Assembly: GCA_965277715.1 (NCBI GenBank)
Contig: OZ255836.1
Coordinates: forward strand, 1,056,001-1,120,000
Length of the DNA stretch: 64,000 nucleotides
Reading direction: 5' to 3'
Source of the DNA: Gammaproteobacteria bacterium
Lineage (GTDB): Bacteria > Pseudomonadota > Gammaproteobacteria > JBCCGL01
Shown: one piece after another, positions 1 through 8,820 of the stretch
Position numbering within the stretch: position 1 is the stretch's first letter
How the letters are laid out: every line of letters begins with the position of its first letter
The notes under the pieces: model-generated
The model's input: only the letters and a program-made list of their open reading frames with translations
Database searches by the model: none
What the model was told of the DNA's origin: nothing
Made by a program: the position numbers and the translations under genes

Positions 1-1568
1 CTGAATACGACTCCGGGCTGTTCAACATCAAGCCCAATCCGTACAGGCCTGAACTGACCCACTTCGTCCATACGAATTGCATCAAGGGTGCAAATGCCGA
101 TGCCGTGCCAGCACGTTTTTTGCTGGCTTGCCGTAACGGTCATTTGGACGACTTCCCTTGGCACTGGTTCGTGCATGGCGGTCAGTCCGATTGCAGAGGA
201 ACGCTCCGTTTCTTCGAGTCAGGGGCTTCGCTGCAGACCGAAAATCTCTGGGTCAAATGCGACGCTTGTGGTGCATCAAAACAGCTGGCGAAAGCCTTTG
301 GTAAAAGCGGTCAGGAAAACCTCCCGGCTTGCCGGGGCCGCCATCCTCATCTCGACAAATTCGATGCGGATTGCAACGAGCAGCCTCGGGCGGTGCTTTT
401 GGGTGCCACGAACAGCTGGTTTCCGATCACGCTTTCCGTGTTGGCCATCCCCCTAGAGAAAAACCAACTGTCCCAGTTAATTCTCGATGGATGGGACCAC
501 TTTTACGAAGCTGAGTCTGTCGAGCAAATCAAGTGGATTGTAAAAACTCTATCCAAGACAAACAGTCTTCCCGGAATCGACAAATATGAGGCGGATGAAA
601 TCTGGCTTGCGGTACAGGATCGAAAAGATGGAAACGCTGCCGAACTCGTTTCCGAAGGTGACATCAAGGGGCCAGAATGGGATGTATTGATATCCCCGAA
701 TCCGCCGACGGACTGGCCGCACTTTTTGAGCAGCAAGGTTGCGAGACCGGAAACCTACAAGGATGTTCTGGAGTCGGTTCTCCTGCTCGAGCGCTTGAGA
801 GAAGTGAACGCTTTGATTGGATATACCCGTGTGGAAGCTCCCGAGGAATCGGCTGACGAAGACGAGCGACCACCAATGGCCGACCTTTGTAAAGGGAGAC
901 CCATCTGGATTCCTGCCGGTGAGGTCCATGGTGAAGGGATTTTTATCCGTTTCAACGAAAAGACCACTTCCGATTGGGAAAAGCTGGAAGCCGTCAAACG
1001 CAGGGACCAAAAAATCGAACAAGGTCACCGTGGGTGGAGAAACGCCCGTGGCCTCGACTCGGAAGTCGGCTATCCCGGAATCAGATATACCATGCTGCAC
1101 TCATTCGCCCACCTGTTGATCAGGGAGCTGGCACTGGAATGTGGTTACAACGCGGCAAGTATCCGGGAACGGATCTATGTCGGTACTGGTGAGTCACCTA
1201 TGGCTGGTGTTCTCATCTATACCGCCGCTGCAGATTCCGATGGAACGCTCGGTGGTCTGGTCGAACTTGGAAAACCCGAGAACCTCGGCCGTCTGATCGA
1301 ACAGGCGCTGAACAGGTCCATGGTATGTTCATCCGATCCTCTCTGCTCTGAACACAATCCAAGCGAAGACCGGTCACTCCATGCAGCCTCATGTCACGCC
1401 TGTACATTCGTTGCCGAAACATCCTGTGAAAGAGGCAACCGCTATCTGGACAGGGCATTGCTGGTGGAGACGTTCGAATGCAAGGATGCCGCATTTTTCA
1501 AAAAAGTGACCAAGGACTACTATTGCGTCGCTGAGGAACAAGCTCCATACGGATCGGCGGAGAAGTGA
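1..1568 (+). CDS. drmB: DISARM DrmB (DUF1998 helicase-associated protein), 5'-partial
   Basis: Frame is open from the window start (EYDSGLFNIKPNPYRP...PARF). It has the ACRNGHLDDFPW, LHSFAHLLIRELALECGYNAASIRERIY and CSSDPLC...CHAC...ETSCE motifs typical of DUF1998/DrmB, and is directly followed by a PLD gene. Confidence 0.9.
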   Translation, partial: EYDSGLFNIKPNPYRPELTHFVHTNCIKGANADAVPARFLLACRNGHLDDFPWHWFVHGGQSDCRGTLRFFESGASLQTENLWVKCDACGASKQLAKAFGKSGQENLPACRGRHPHLDKFDADCNEQPRAVLLGATNSWFPITLSVLAIPLEKNQLSQLILDGWDHFYEAESVEQIKWIVKTLSKTNSLPGIDKYEADEIWLAVQDRKDGNAAELVSEGDIKGPEWDVLISPNPPTDWPHFLSSKVARPETYKDVLESVLLLERLREVNALIGYTRVEAPEESADEDERPPMADLCKGRPIWIPAGEVHGEGIFIRFNEKTTSDWEKLEAVKRRDQKIEQGHRGWRNARGLDSEVGYPGIRYTMLHSFAHLLIRELALECGYNAASIRERIYVGTGESPMAGVLIYTAAADSDGTLGGLVELGKPENLGRLIEQALNRSMVCSSDPLCSEHNPSEDRSLHAASCHACTFVAETSCERGNRYLDRALLVETFECKDAAFFKKVTKDYYCVAEEQAPYGSAEK

Positions 1569-2341
1569 TGAATACCGATATCTGGCAAGTCATAGCTGAC
1601 ATCGGGATTGAACTTCATCCCGATCGGGTAAACGCTATAGCGGACAAGATAGCCGGTCTGTCTTCGGTGGACGAGTTTTGCAAGGCGAGTTCGGGATTCG
1701 GCCCGGCTGCCAACAAACCGATGATGAACGCACTGGAAAAGGCATGGAAGAAAGATCCCGGGGTTTCACCTCTAGAACTTGCTGCCGCTTTGCGTGGCGC
1801 ATCCGGAACGGCCTCGATCATGGAAAATCGGGAAGCGGTCGAAATGGTCTGGACAGGTCCCTTCACGGGGCTGGTCGCCTCCAGGCATACGGAACAGGTT
1901 TTACTCGAGGTGATAGGTTCCGCGAGATGGCGGCTCTTCATTATCAGCTTCGTCGCCTACAACATCGACTCGGTCAAGAAGGCACTGCAGGATGCTGTAG
2001 GTAGGAATGTCAAGATTGACATCTTACTGGAGTCGTCGAAGGCCCATGGTGGGAAGATCGATATCGACTTGATAGACGCTTTTAAAAAAGCGATACCTTC
2101 GGCCAACGTCTATGCGTGGAATTCAGAATCGAAATCCTCTGATCGCTGGAACGGAGCCGTCCATGCCAAATGCGCCGTTGCCGACGGCGCCCTCGCTTTC
2201 ATCACCAGCGCCAACCTCACCAGAGCGGCCATGGAAAACAACATGGAACTGGGAGTGCTGGTCCGTGGAGGCAATCTGCCGGAAAAACTCGAAAGGCATC
2301 TGGAAGCCTTGGTGACGACGGGAGTAATAGGGAAAATCTGA
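1565..2341 (+). CDS. drmC: DISARM DrmC phospholipase D-family nuclease
   Basis: VWTGP motif and a single HKD motif (VHAKCAVADG...ITSANLT...NMELG); overlaps the drmB stop. Confidence 0.88.
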   Translation: MMNTDIWQVIADIGIELHPDRVNAIADKIAGLSSVDEFCKASSGFGPAANKPMMNALEKAWKKDPGVSPLELAAALRGASGTASIMENREAVEMVWTGPFTGLVASRHTEQVLLEVIGSARWRLFIISFVAYNIDSVKKALQDAVGRNVKIDILLESSKAHGGKIDIDLIDAFKKAIPSANVYAWNSESKSSDRWNGAVHAKCAVADGALAFITSANLTRAAMENNMELGVLVRGGNLPEKLERHLEALVTTGVIGKI

Positions 2342-2769
2342 TGGATACAGTCGACACCAAAACCCGTTCCAAGATCATGAAAAGTGTCCCTCAGAAGGAC
2401 ACAAAGCCCGAAATGCGCCTCAGAAAAGCGCTGCATGGGATGGGGTTTCGGTATCGACTGCACGACAAAAGGTTACCCGGTTCTCCGGATCTGGTTTTTC
2501 CGAAATACAAGGCCGTCATCTTCGTGCATGGCTGTTTCTGGCACCGGCATGGCTGCAAGCAGACCACGACGCCTTCGACGCGTGAGGACTTCTGGAAGGC
2601 CAAATTCGAAGCCAGTGTCGAACGCGACAAAAAGAATGTCAGTGACCTCGAAACGGCTGGTTGGCGCGTGATGACCGTGTGGGAATGCGAACTGAAGAAA
2701 GCGGCTGAGAATGACCTTTTTGAAAAGATACGGGAGCTTTTGCTCTATCGAATGAACGAGACAACCTGA
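2341..2769 (+). CDS. vsr: Very short patch repair endonuclease Vsr
   Basis: MDTV...RSKIMKSV..KDTKPE, LPGSPD, IFVHGCFWHRH, GWRVMTVWEC. ATG at 2341 overlaps the drmC TGA. Confidence 0.93.
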   Translation: MDTVDTKTRSKIMKSVPQKDTKPEMRLRKALHGMGFRYRLHDKRLPGSPDLVFPKYKAVIFVHGCFWHRHGCKQTTTPSTREDFWKAKFEASVERDKKNVSDLETAGWRVMTVWECELKKAAENDLFEKIRELLLYRMNETT

Positions 2770-2778
2770 AATAAAGGA

Positions 2779-5328
2779 TCAACCATGACTGTAGATCTGT
2801 GAAATATTGTTGAGCTCCGCGCCATCACCCGACTTATCACCCATTTCCTGTTGAATCGCCAGAGACTGTTCCAAGTAGGCCAGCGCTGTTTCGTAATCAC
2901 TTAAGTGAAGATATTGCTTGCCAATCTGCCCCAAGGCAGTTGCTCTAATCTGGCGATTACTGGTTTTTAACAACGGTTGCAACCATTCTTCCAACAGCAC
3001 GGTATAGCGACCTGCACGATTTAGCGGCCCCACTACCCAGCGCAACACCAACTGATGCGCTTGATCATCCTGTTGCGCCACCGTCAATGCTTGATGGGTA
3101 GCCAAGCGGTGCTGCCAACTTCGGTTTAACCCTTCTTCTAATTGCCAACGTAAAAAGTCTGCGGCGGCACATAACCATACCCCCTTCGGTGGTTCTACAG
3201 CGTTTTTCGGCAGCCAGCTAAGCACTAATGGCGAGAGCAGGTATTCGGTTTGCCCACTGTCTGGGTTGTGGTATTGCTCCAGCAGTGAAACAGCCAGTAG
3301 CTTGTTTGTTAGCAGCAAAGCTTTTTGTGGATGGTAATCACTCTCAAATATACGCATCAACACTTTGATGCCTTCTATTGGCACCGGTGTTTGGTAAGCT
3401 TGCAGTGCGTGCAATAACGTCACTTCATCGTCGCTACGCTGCGCGACGACTTGTGCCAATGCCATATTGGTTTGTATTTCTGCCTCCGCTTGTTGCAGGC
3501 GGTTAAGAAAATTGTGCTCCTCGGTTATATCCATGCCTTTGATTGCGCGGGCGAAAAATTCCAATGCGCGAAAGTTACCCCCCAGCGTTTCATAGGCCTG
3601 GCGCATCCGCTTCGGCTCTAAGCACAGTTGCTGGTGACGGGCAAAGGTCAGGTAGTCGCCGTATACCGGACGCCCCAGGGCATAGTGTTGTGCATCCGGC
3701 CAATCCGGCAATCGCCAACGCGAGGTTAACAACAGTTTTAACCCTGGCGATTCAGCGCCTTGGCTAAGGCGGTAAGCGCTGTTGATCCAAAGCATTAGCG
3801 CTTCGTTTTGAAGTCCATGAGGTGATTCAGGCTGCTGTATCGATTCCAGGTTATCAAACAGTAGAACCAGTTTGGACTGGTGCGCACTCACCAGTTTGTT
3901 CAAAAATACTTCAATAGCATCGGCATCGTTAAGCCCGGCGTCTGTGTCTTTTTCTCCTTCCGTCAGTTTTTGCAACGAAGTGGCCATGCTCCCAATGGTT
4001 TGCCGCCAATCGTGCCCCGGGCGCAGTGAAAAAGTAAATAGGGTGTAGCCGTCTTTGCGCAGGGTATCTAACAGCTTGCCCGCCAGTGCAGTTTTACCGG
4101 TGCCGCCTGCACCGCTAATTAAGAGGGCGCGAATATCGCCCCGCCGCAGGCCGTTTTGCCATCGGCGCAATTCTCGACGGCGACCGATAAAGCGTCCCGG
4201 AACCGTAATGCCCCCCAGCATATTGACCAAAGCAGGTCGTTTTCGGGGTTTCGGGGTGAATCGCCAGTCGATTAGCTCTCGTTGATAGGCGTGGCTAAGC
4301 AATTGTGGCAGGCACCATTGACCATAGGAAAACGCTAACCGCTCCGGGCTGAGGCTGTCTTTGTATACACTGTCTTTTAACGGTTGGGTGATCGCCGCTC
4401 GTGCTGTTTGTAATGAGATTGCCACCGATTGTTGATTACCAATGCTCGCCAATAACGCCTTGGCGAATTGAATGCCGATTTTGTCAAAAACCGACTCGCG
4501 CATCCCAATAACGTGGGGAATGCCCGCTTGGTAAAATGCTTGGCTAAGCCCGTTTTCCGGGTAGTCCGGGTGTTGTCGGGCGCTTAAACAAGCCGATAAC
4601 ACCAGTAATTCCACACGCGTATTTTGAAAACAGCGAACCATATCTTCCTCAAAAACCTCCTGGTCCTCACCCCATTCGCCTTCAAACAAGAAACTGCCTT
4701 GGGCGTTTTGCTGGTGTAATTCGTGACGAAATAAACCGTGGCCACTGAGGTAGACGATATGGGGTTGGAAATCTTGCAGGCTTTGACGAAAGTGATCAAG
4801 GCGGCCATCGTCGGGCATTTCCAGCTCGATCAGCCCGGCTTGTTCAGCGGCCATTAATGCTTCTTGTACATCGGCCTGCTCAGCTTCTACATCCAGCCGT
4901 TGGCCCTCCTCTAAACCATCTGGCAGAGATGTAAATAAGAGCACGCGCAAAGGGCCAATCGCGCTATCTGGCAAGCCGATTTCCAGCGCTGGATTGTGCC
5001 GGGATAAGGTAAAGCCAGGCTCTCGCCCAACAAAACCATATTTCGGGTGATACAGGGCTTCCCACGGTAGGGACAACACCGCCGGATCGGCGGACTGAAC
5101 AATAATCGGCAAGGCCTGCTGGCCGCAGCGTTGTTTGGCTTTGCTTAATGCCTCGTCTTGTTGTAGAGCGTTGGCCAGCGCACTACCGATGTGACGCAGC
5201 ACGTCGTCGTCCACCACTTGTCGTTTTTCGTAGGCTTCACTTAAGCGTTTGGCCAGTGTTGTGAGCTCGGGGTGTTGGGCCAACCAATCCGCAGTCGGGG
5301 CAATAATTAAAGGTGCAGGTGCTGGCAT
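2779..5328 (-). CDS. CHAT (caspase-like) protease + STAND/NB-ARC-like NTPase + TPR protein, C-terminal TPR array apparently truncated
   Basis: CHAT dyad YLSGHG / VLSAC; Walker A GAGGTGKT, Walker B LLFDNLE, sensor LLLTSR; one TPR (ALGQIGKQYLHLSDYETALAYLEQSLAI) then the start of a second (ELNNISQIY) ending abruptly in SHG*. Confidence 0.85.
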   Translation of the reverse strand: MPAPAPLIIAPTADWLAQHPELTTLAKRLSEAYEKRQVVDDDVLRHIGSALANALQQDEALSKAKQRCGQQALPIIVQSADPAVLSLPWEALYHPKYGFVGREPGFTLSRHNPALEIGLPDSAIGPLRVLLFTSLPDGLEEGQRLDVEAEQADVQEALMAAEQAGLIELEMPDDGRLDHFRQSLQDFQPHIVYLSGHGLFRHELHQQNAQGSFLFEGEWGEDQEVFEEDMVRCFQNTRVELLVLSACLSARQHPDYPENGLSQAFYQAGIPHVIGMRESVFDKIGIQFAKALLASIGNQQSVAISLQTARAAITQPLKDSVYKDSLSPERLAFSYGQWCLPQLLSHAYQRELIDWRFTPKPRKRPALVNMLGGITVPGRFIGRRRELRRWQNGLRRGDIRALLISGAGGTGKTALAGKLLDTLRKDGYTLFTFSLRPGHDWRQTIGSMATSLQKLTEGEKDTDAGLNDADAIEVFLNKLVSAHQSKLVLLFDNLESIQQPESPHGLQNEALMLWINSAYRLSQGAESPGLKLLLTSRWRLPDWPDAQHYALGRPVYGDYLTFARHQQLCLEPKRMRQAYETLGGNFRALEFFARAIKGMDITEEHNFLNRLQQAEAEIQTNMALAQVVAQRSDDEVTLLHALQAYQTPVPIEGIKVLMRIFESDYHPQKALLLTNKLLAVSLLEQYHNPDSGQTEYLLSPLVLSWLPKNAVEPPKGVWLCAAADFLRWQLEEGLNRSWQHRLATHQALTVAQQDDQAHQLVLRWVVGPLNRAGRYTVLLEEWLQPLLKTSNRQIRATALGQIGKQYLHLSDYETALAYLEQSLAIQQEMGDKSGDGAELNNISQIYSHG

Positions 5329-5352
5329 AGTATTCGTCCTTATCGGCGTGGG

Positions 5353-5619
5353 TTATTCTTCGTTGGAACCGCTCAGTGCATCGGGTAGTGTCAGTTCGAT
5401 AGGTGCTGTGTTATCGACACCACCTATTTGCCCTCCTCTGTAGGCAGTCATTTTATTCATCGCATAAACGCTTAGATCCACATTAAACCGACAATCACAA
5501 TACGGGCATCTAACAGAAATGTTGGGATCATCGTCCGCGTCCAATAGGCTGGGATAACGAAATTTAAAATGATCTTTACACTGCTTACAATGTGTGGTTC
5601 GTAGAACGTAATGTTGCAT
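5353..5619 (-). CDS. Small Zn-ribbon protein (CxxC...CPxC) with a low-complexity acidic tail
   Basis: HCKQC ... CPYCDC; AAGGA RBS upstream; 24 bp from the CHAT gene, same strand. Confidence 0.7.
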   Translation of the reverse strand: MQHYVLRTTHCKQCKDHFKFRYPSLLDADDDPNISVRCPYCDCRFNVDLSVYAMNKMTAYRGGQIGGVDNTAPIELTLPDALSGSNEE

Positions 5620-5631
5620 GGATATATTCCT

Positions 5632-6099
5632 TTAAATAAAAATACTCAGCACCGCTAAAACGATGCCGAAGAAACTGCTGATACAAGCCCAAACCAGGTA
5701 TTTAAGCTTAGCGCTGGCGGAATCACTAAAGTAACGCTGAATCGCCAAGAGATCGTCAGGGTCGACTTCTCGCTTTTGCGGTAGCAAACAGGCTAAGGAG
5801 AGGCCAAGCGCGAGTAACCAGAGTACAAAGGAAACGCCGATTGAGGTTACATTGCCAATCGCTTGATCACCGCCACTCAGCAGTTTTAAAACCGCCGCGT
5901 AGACGCCCGGTACGGCGATATTCAGGGTAATCAGTTGTTTAGCCAAATCATCCATTCGGTTGGCTTGCGCAGCCACATCGCTGGCGAAGCATTCCAGTAG
6001 TTTTTCGTCTACTTTACTGAGTGGCATTCCCTCAGCTTGATAAACCGGTGGATCGTTATCCGCAGGGCTATCCTGATTGGCGGGGTTATCCTCGGTCAT
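5632..6099 (-). CDS. Three-helix membrane protein resembling PycTM/DUF5706-type effectors
   Basis: Three hydrophobic segments with the pattern MDDLAKQLITL.. / ..LACLLP / SAKLKYLVWA..; acidic N-terminal extension; 12 bp upstream of the Zn-ribbon gene. The family resemblance is judged by eye. Confidence 0.6.
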   Translation of the reverse strand: MTEDNPANQDSPADNDPPVYQAEGMPLSKVDEKLLECFASDVAAQANRMDDLAKQLITLNIAVPGVYAAVLKLLSGGDQAIGNVTSIGVSFVLWLLALGLSLACLLPQKREVDPDDLLAIQRYFSDSASAKLKYLVWACISSFFGIVLAVLSIFI

Positions 6100-6394
6100 T
6101 ATTCGTGTTCCTAGTGATTAATACCTTTATTAAAAAAGCAATGCCATTATTTGCTGGAACAGCATGTAAGAAATTTGTAAAGCTATCGGTTTGGCTATCT
6201 CGATTGGTTTTGTTGTATAAAACATCACCCTATTATGTTTTTAATTATAGAAAACGCCCATCAATAATCAATAACGGCCTTTTTCACCCCCGTAAAAAAG
6301 GAAGAGACGATCAAACCATGTATCCACTCGCTAAATTGATCGCCGCGCTTTCGCGCCTATTTGGTAGTAGCGATTGCCTTGAATGTGCTATCTA

Positions 6395-6453
6395 CATCGC
6401 CTCAACAGCCAACGCAATGCCCTGCCCACCGCCAATGCACATTGTGGCAATAC
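6395..6453 (-). repeat. Displaced copy of the thiolase 3' end (continues at 8061-8071 beyond the IS)
   Basis: 6395-6453 + 8061-8071 equals 8827-8896 (70 bp, 3 mismatches); encodes ..KHYGIATMCIGGGQGIALAVEAM*. Confidence 0.9.
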
Positions 6454-8056
6454 CCCTGTGTGTCAACCTCACCTCAAGCCAATATGATTTAAGTTAACAT
6501 CTAAATCAGGGCAGCTATCGAGAGTGAGAACAATGCCAAAACCAATGTTAGATAAACCACAACCTGAGTCATGTGAGATCAAGCCTGATCGGACACTTGA
6601 GAAAAAGACTCGCCGCACTTTTACAGCAGCCTATAAGCTAAAGATGATCAATCAAGCTGATGCTTGCCAGCATGGACAGCTTGGCGCTTTGCTACGCCGT
6701 GAGAAGCTTTACTCCAATCAATTGTCTCAGTGGCGAAGAGAACTGGCCGAAGGCGGTTTGTCAGGGCTATCAAAAAGTGCGCCCGGCCCTGCACCGCAAA
6801 TGACGTCTGAGCAGCGCCGGATAGCGCAGCTTGAAAAACAAGTAAACCGTCTGGAAAAACAAATCGTCCTTAAGGATGACTGTCTGGAACTCCAAAAAAA
6901 AGCCTTGGCGATGCTCGACCGATTGAACAGCGGGATCGAGCAGTGAATACCGCGTTGACTGACCGCCCACCCTCAGTGTCCCAACGTCTGGCTTGTAAGG
7001 TATTGGCATTGTCACGGTCACACGTCCGGGCCAAGCAAAGCCGCCGCCATTTCTGTGGCCCTCCCAAACCAGCAGGAACCGTGCGAATCACTTGCCATCA
7101 GCCACGCCAACTGAGTGAAGAAGAATGCTCTGTGGTATTGAATACGCTCAATAGTGAAGCGTTCTATGATCAACCACCGGCGCAGGTTTACCATACCTTG
7201 CTGAGTCGCCGTATTTACCTCTGCTCCATCAGCACCATGCACCGCCTGCTGCGTCAGTCCGATCAGTCGGGGGAACGCCGAAAACAGCGTCCTGGGCAAA
7301 CCAACGCAGTGCCAAGGCTTTCGGCCAGTCAGCCTAATGAGGTCTGGACATGGGATATTACAAAATTGGCCACCGTTAAGCGCGGCGTTTATTTATCGCT
7401 CTATGTGGTGATGGATTTATTCAGTCGCTACATCGTGGCCTGGATGCTTTCCCATAAAGAAAACAGTGCACTGGCACAGCAGCTCATTCAGGAGGCCAGT
7501 ACACGTTACGCGATTAGACCCAACCAGCTGACGCTGCATCAGGATCGAGGGGCACCGATGACCGCACATTGCTACCTTGACTTACTGGGCGAGTTGGCGG
7601 TCACCGCTAGCCACAGCAGACCCCGCGTGAGTAATGACAATCCTCATAGTGAAAGCCAATTTCGAACACTGAAGTATCAGCCTGACTACCCGCGTCGCTT
7701 TGATAGCTATAGCCATGCCAATGGATGGTGCACTGAGTATATTGATTGGTATAACCATCAGCACTGTCACAGTGCGTTGGAGGGCTTCACACCTTGTCAG
7801 GTGTTTACTGGGCAGTACATACCACTCAGTGAGGTTCGTCAGCAGGCACTCAATGAAAAGTATGTCCAACATGCAGAGCGATTTGTCAATCAGCGGCCTG
7901 TTGTCAGGATGCCGCCTGCGAAGGTCTACATTAATCCCGTGCGCGATGAACTGGGTAATATAGATCACGATGCACCCGTCAACTTCCCAACACTAAATCG
8001 GGCTAAATATATGGTAACTTGAGTAACTGTGGCTTGAAACAGGTTGACACCTTCCG
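6454..8056 (+). mobile_element. IS3-family-like insertion sequence (orfA 6524-6946, orfB 6943-8022)
   Basis: HTH orfA plus rve DDE orfB (WTWDIT, LHQDRG, SNDNPHSES). Terminal IRs GTGTCAACCT..TCAAGCCA; ATAC duplicated at 6450-6453 and 8057-8060. The A-run at ~6894-6901 puts orfB in the -1 frame of orfA. Confidence 0.92.
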
Positions 8057-8072
8057 ATACCATAATGCTTAG

Positions 8073-8102
8073 TTGAGCTATTGTAGCCTATCGGCTACAA
8101 TA
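8073..8102 (+). promoter_or_regulatory. TA promoter with overlapping operator palindrome
   Basis: TTGAGC-17 bp-TACAAT overlapped by the inverted repeat TATTGTAGCC-tatc-GGCTACAATA (8079-8102). Confidence 0.75.
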
Positions 8103-8107
8103 ACCCT

Positions 8108-8413
8108 ATGGAATATGAAGTCGCTTCCACAGCCATTTTTAAAAAATGGCTAAAAAGCCTAAGAGACCGGCAGGCCGTTAGGGCTATTGCAATGCGTATC
8201 ACACGTGCCGAAACAGGTAACATGGGTGATGTGAGCAGCGTGGGTGGTGGTGTCAGTGAAATGCGAATTTTTGTAGGCAAAGGGTATCGGCTGTATTTTA
8301 CGATTCGCAAGCAAAAATTGATCATATTGCTGAACGGCGGCGATAAATCCAGCCGACAACAAGACATTGATCACGCAAAAAAATTGGTGGCGCAACTATT
8401 AGAGGTTAGGTAA
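8108..8413 (+). CDS. RelE/HigB-like addiction module killer toxin (HI1419 type)
   Basis: F..WL.SLRD..A...I..RI.R...GN.GD..SVG.GVSEMRI..G.GYRLYF...IILL.GGDKS. Confidence 0.9.
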   Translation: MEYEVASTAIFKKWLKSLRDRQAVRAIAMRITRAETGNMGDVSSVGGGVSEMRIFVGKGYRLYFTIRKQKLIILLNGGDKSSRQQDIDHAKKLVAQLLEVR

Positions 8414-8694
8414 TGGCAATTAAAACGACAGCGTTTAATCCGGTTGATTTTTTTGAATCACCAGAAGAGATATCAGATTATCTGAACGACGCTTACCAAG
8501 ATGCAGACCCTGCTGTGTTTGTGGTGGCGCTGGGACATGTTGTGCGCTACAAGGGGGTTGCAACACTAGCTGAAAAGACTGGTTTAAATCGTGAAAGTTT
8601 GTATAAGGTGTTCAGCGGCAAAGCTCAGCCCAAGTGGGATACGCTTCACCGTTTACTGCACGCACTAGACGTGCGGGTAACGCTGGCAGTGTAG
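8413..8694 (+). CDS. HTH addiction module antidote (HI1420/HigA-like)
   Basis: F.P.DF.ES.EEI..YL...ALG.V.R.KG...LAEKTGLNRESLYK; coupled to the toxin stop, toxin-first order. Confidence 0.9.
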   Translation: MAIKTTAFNPVDFFESPEEISDYLNDAYQDADPAVFVVALGHVVRYKGVATLAEKTGLNRESLYKVFSGKAQPKWDTLHRLLHALDVRVTLAV

Positions 8695-8820
8695 CGGGTT
8701 CAATTCCGCGATTCTAAGAGCTTGTCGGATTCAGGGCTGCTCTACTGCGGAAAAGCCGCCACTGTCATTTCATGCGTGGCGCAATTGCGTAACAACTCAC
8801 AAAACGCCTGGAAAGGCGCC

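Noticed and set aside
2170-2340. N-terminal extension of the 199-aa Vsr ORF
   Set aside because: Overlaps drmC in another frame; Vsr similarity starts at the ATG at 2341.
6021-6497. 158-aa plus-strand ORF
   Set aside because: Spans the upstream region of the CHAT operon, the antisense thiolase repeat and the IS end; not a coherent protein.
8694-8710. GCGGGTTCAATTCCGC resembling a tRNA T-arm
   Set aside because: No acceptor stem, anticodon arm or CCA; too short to call a tRNA fragment or att site.
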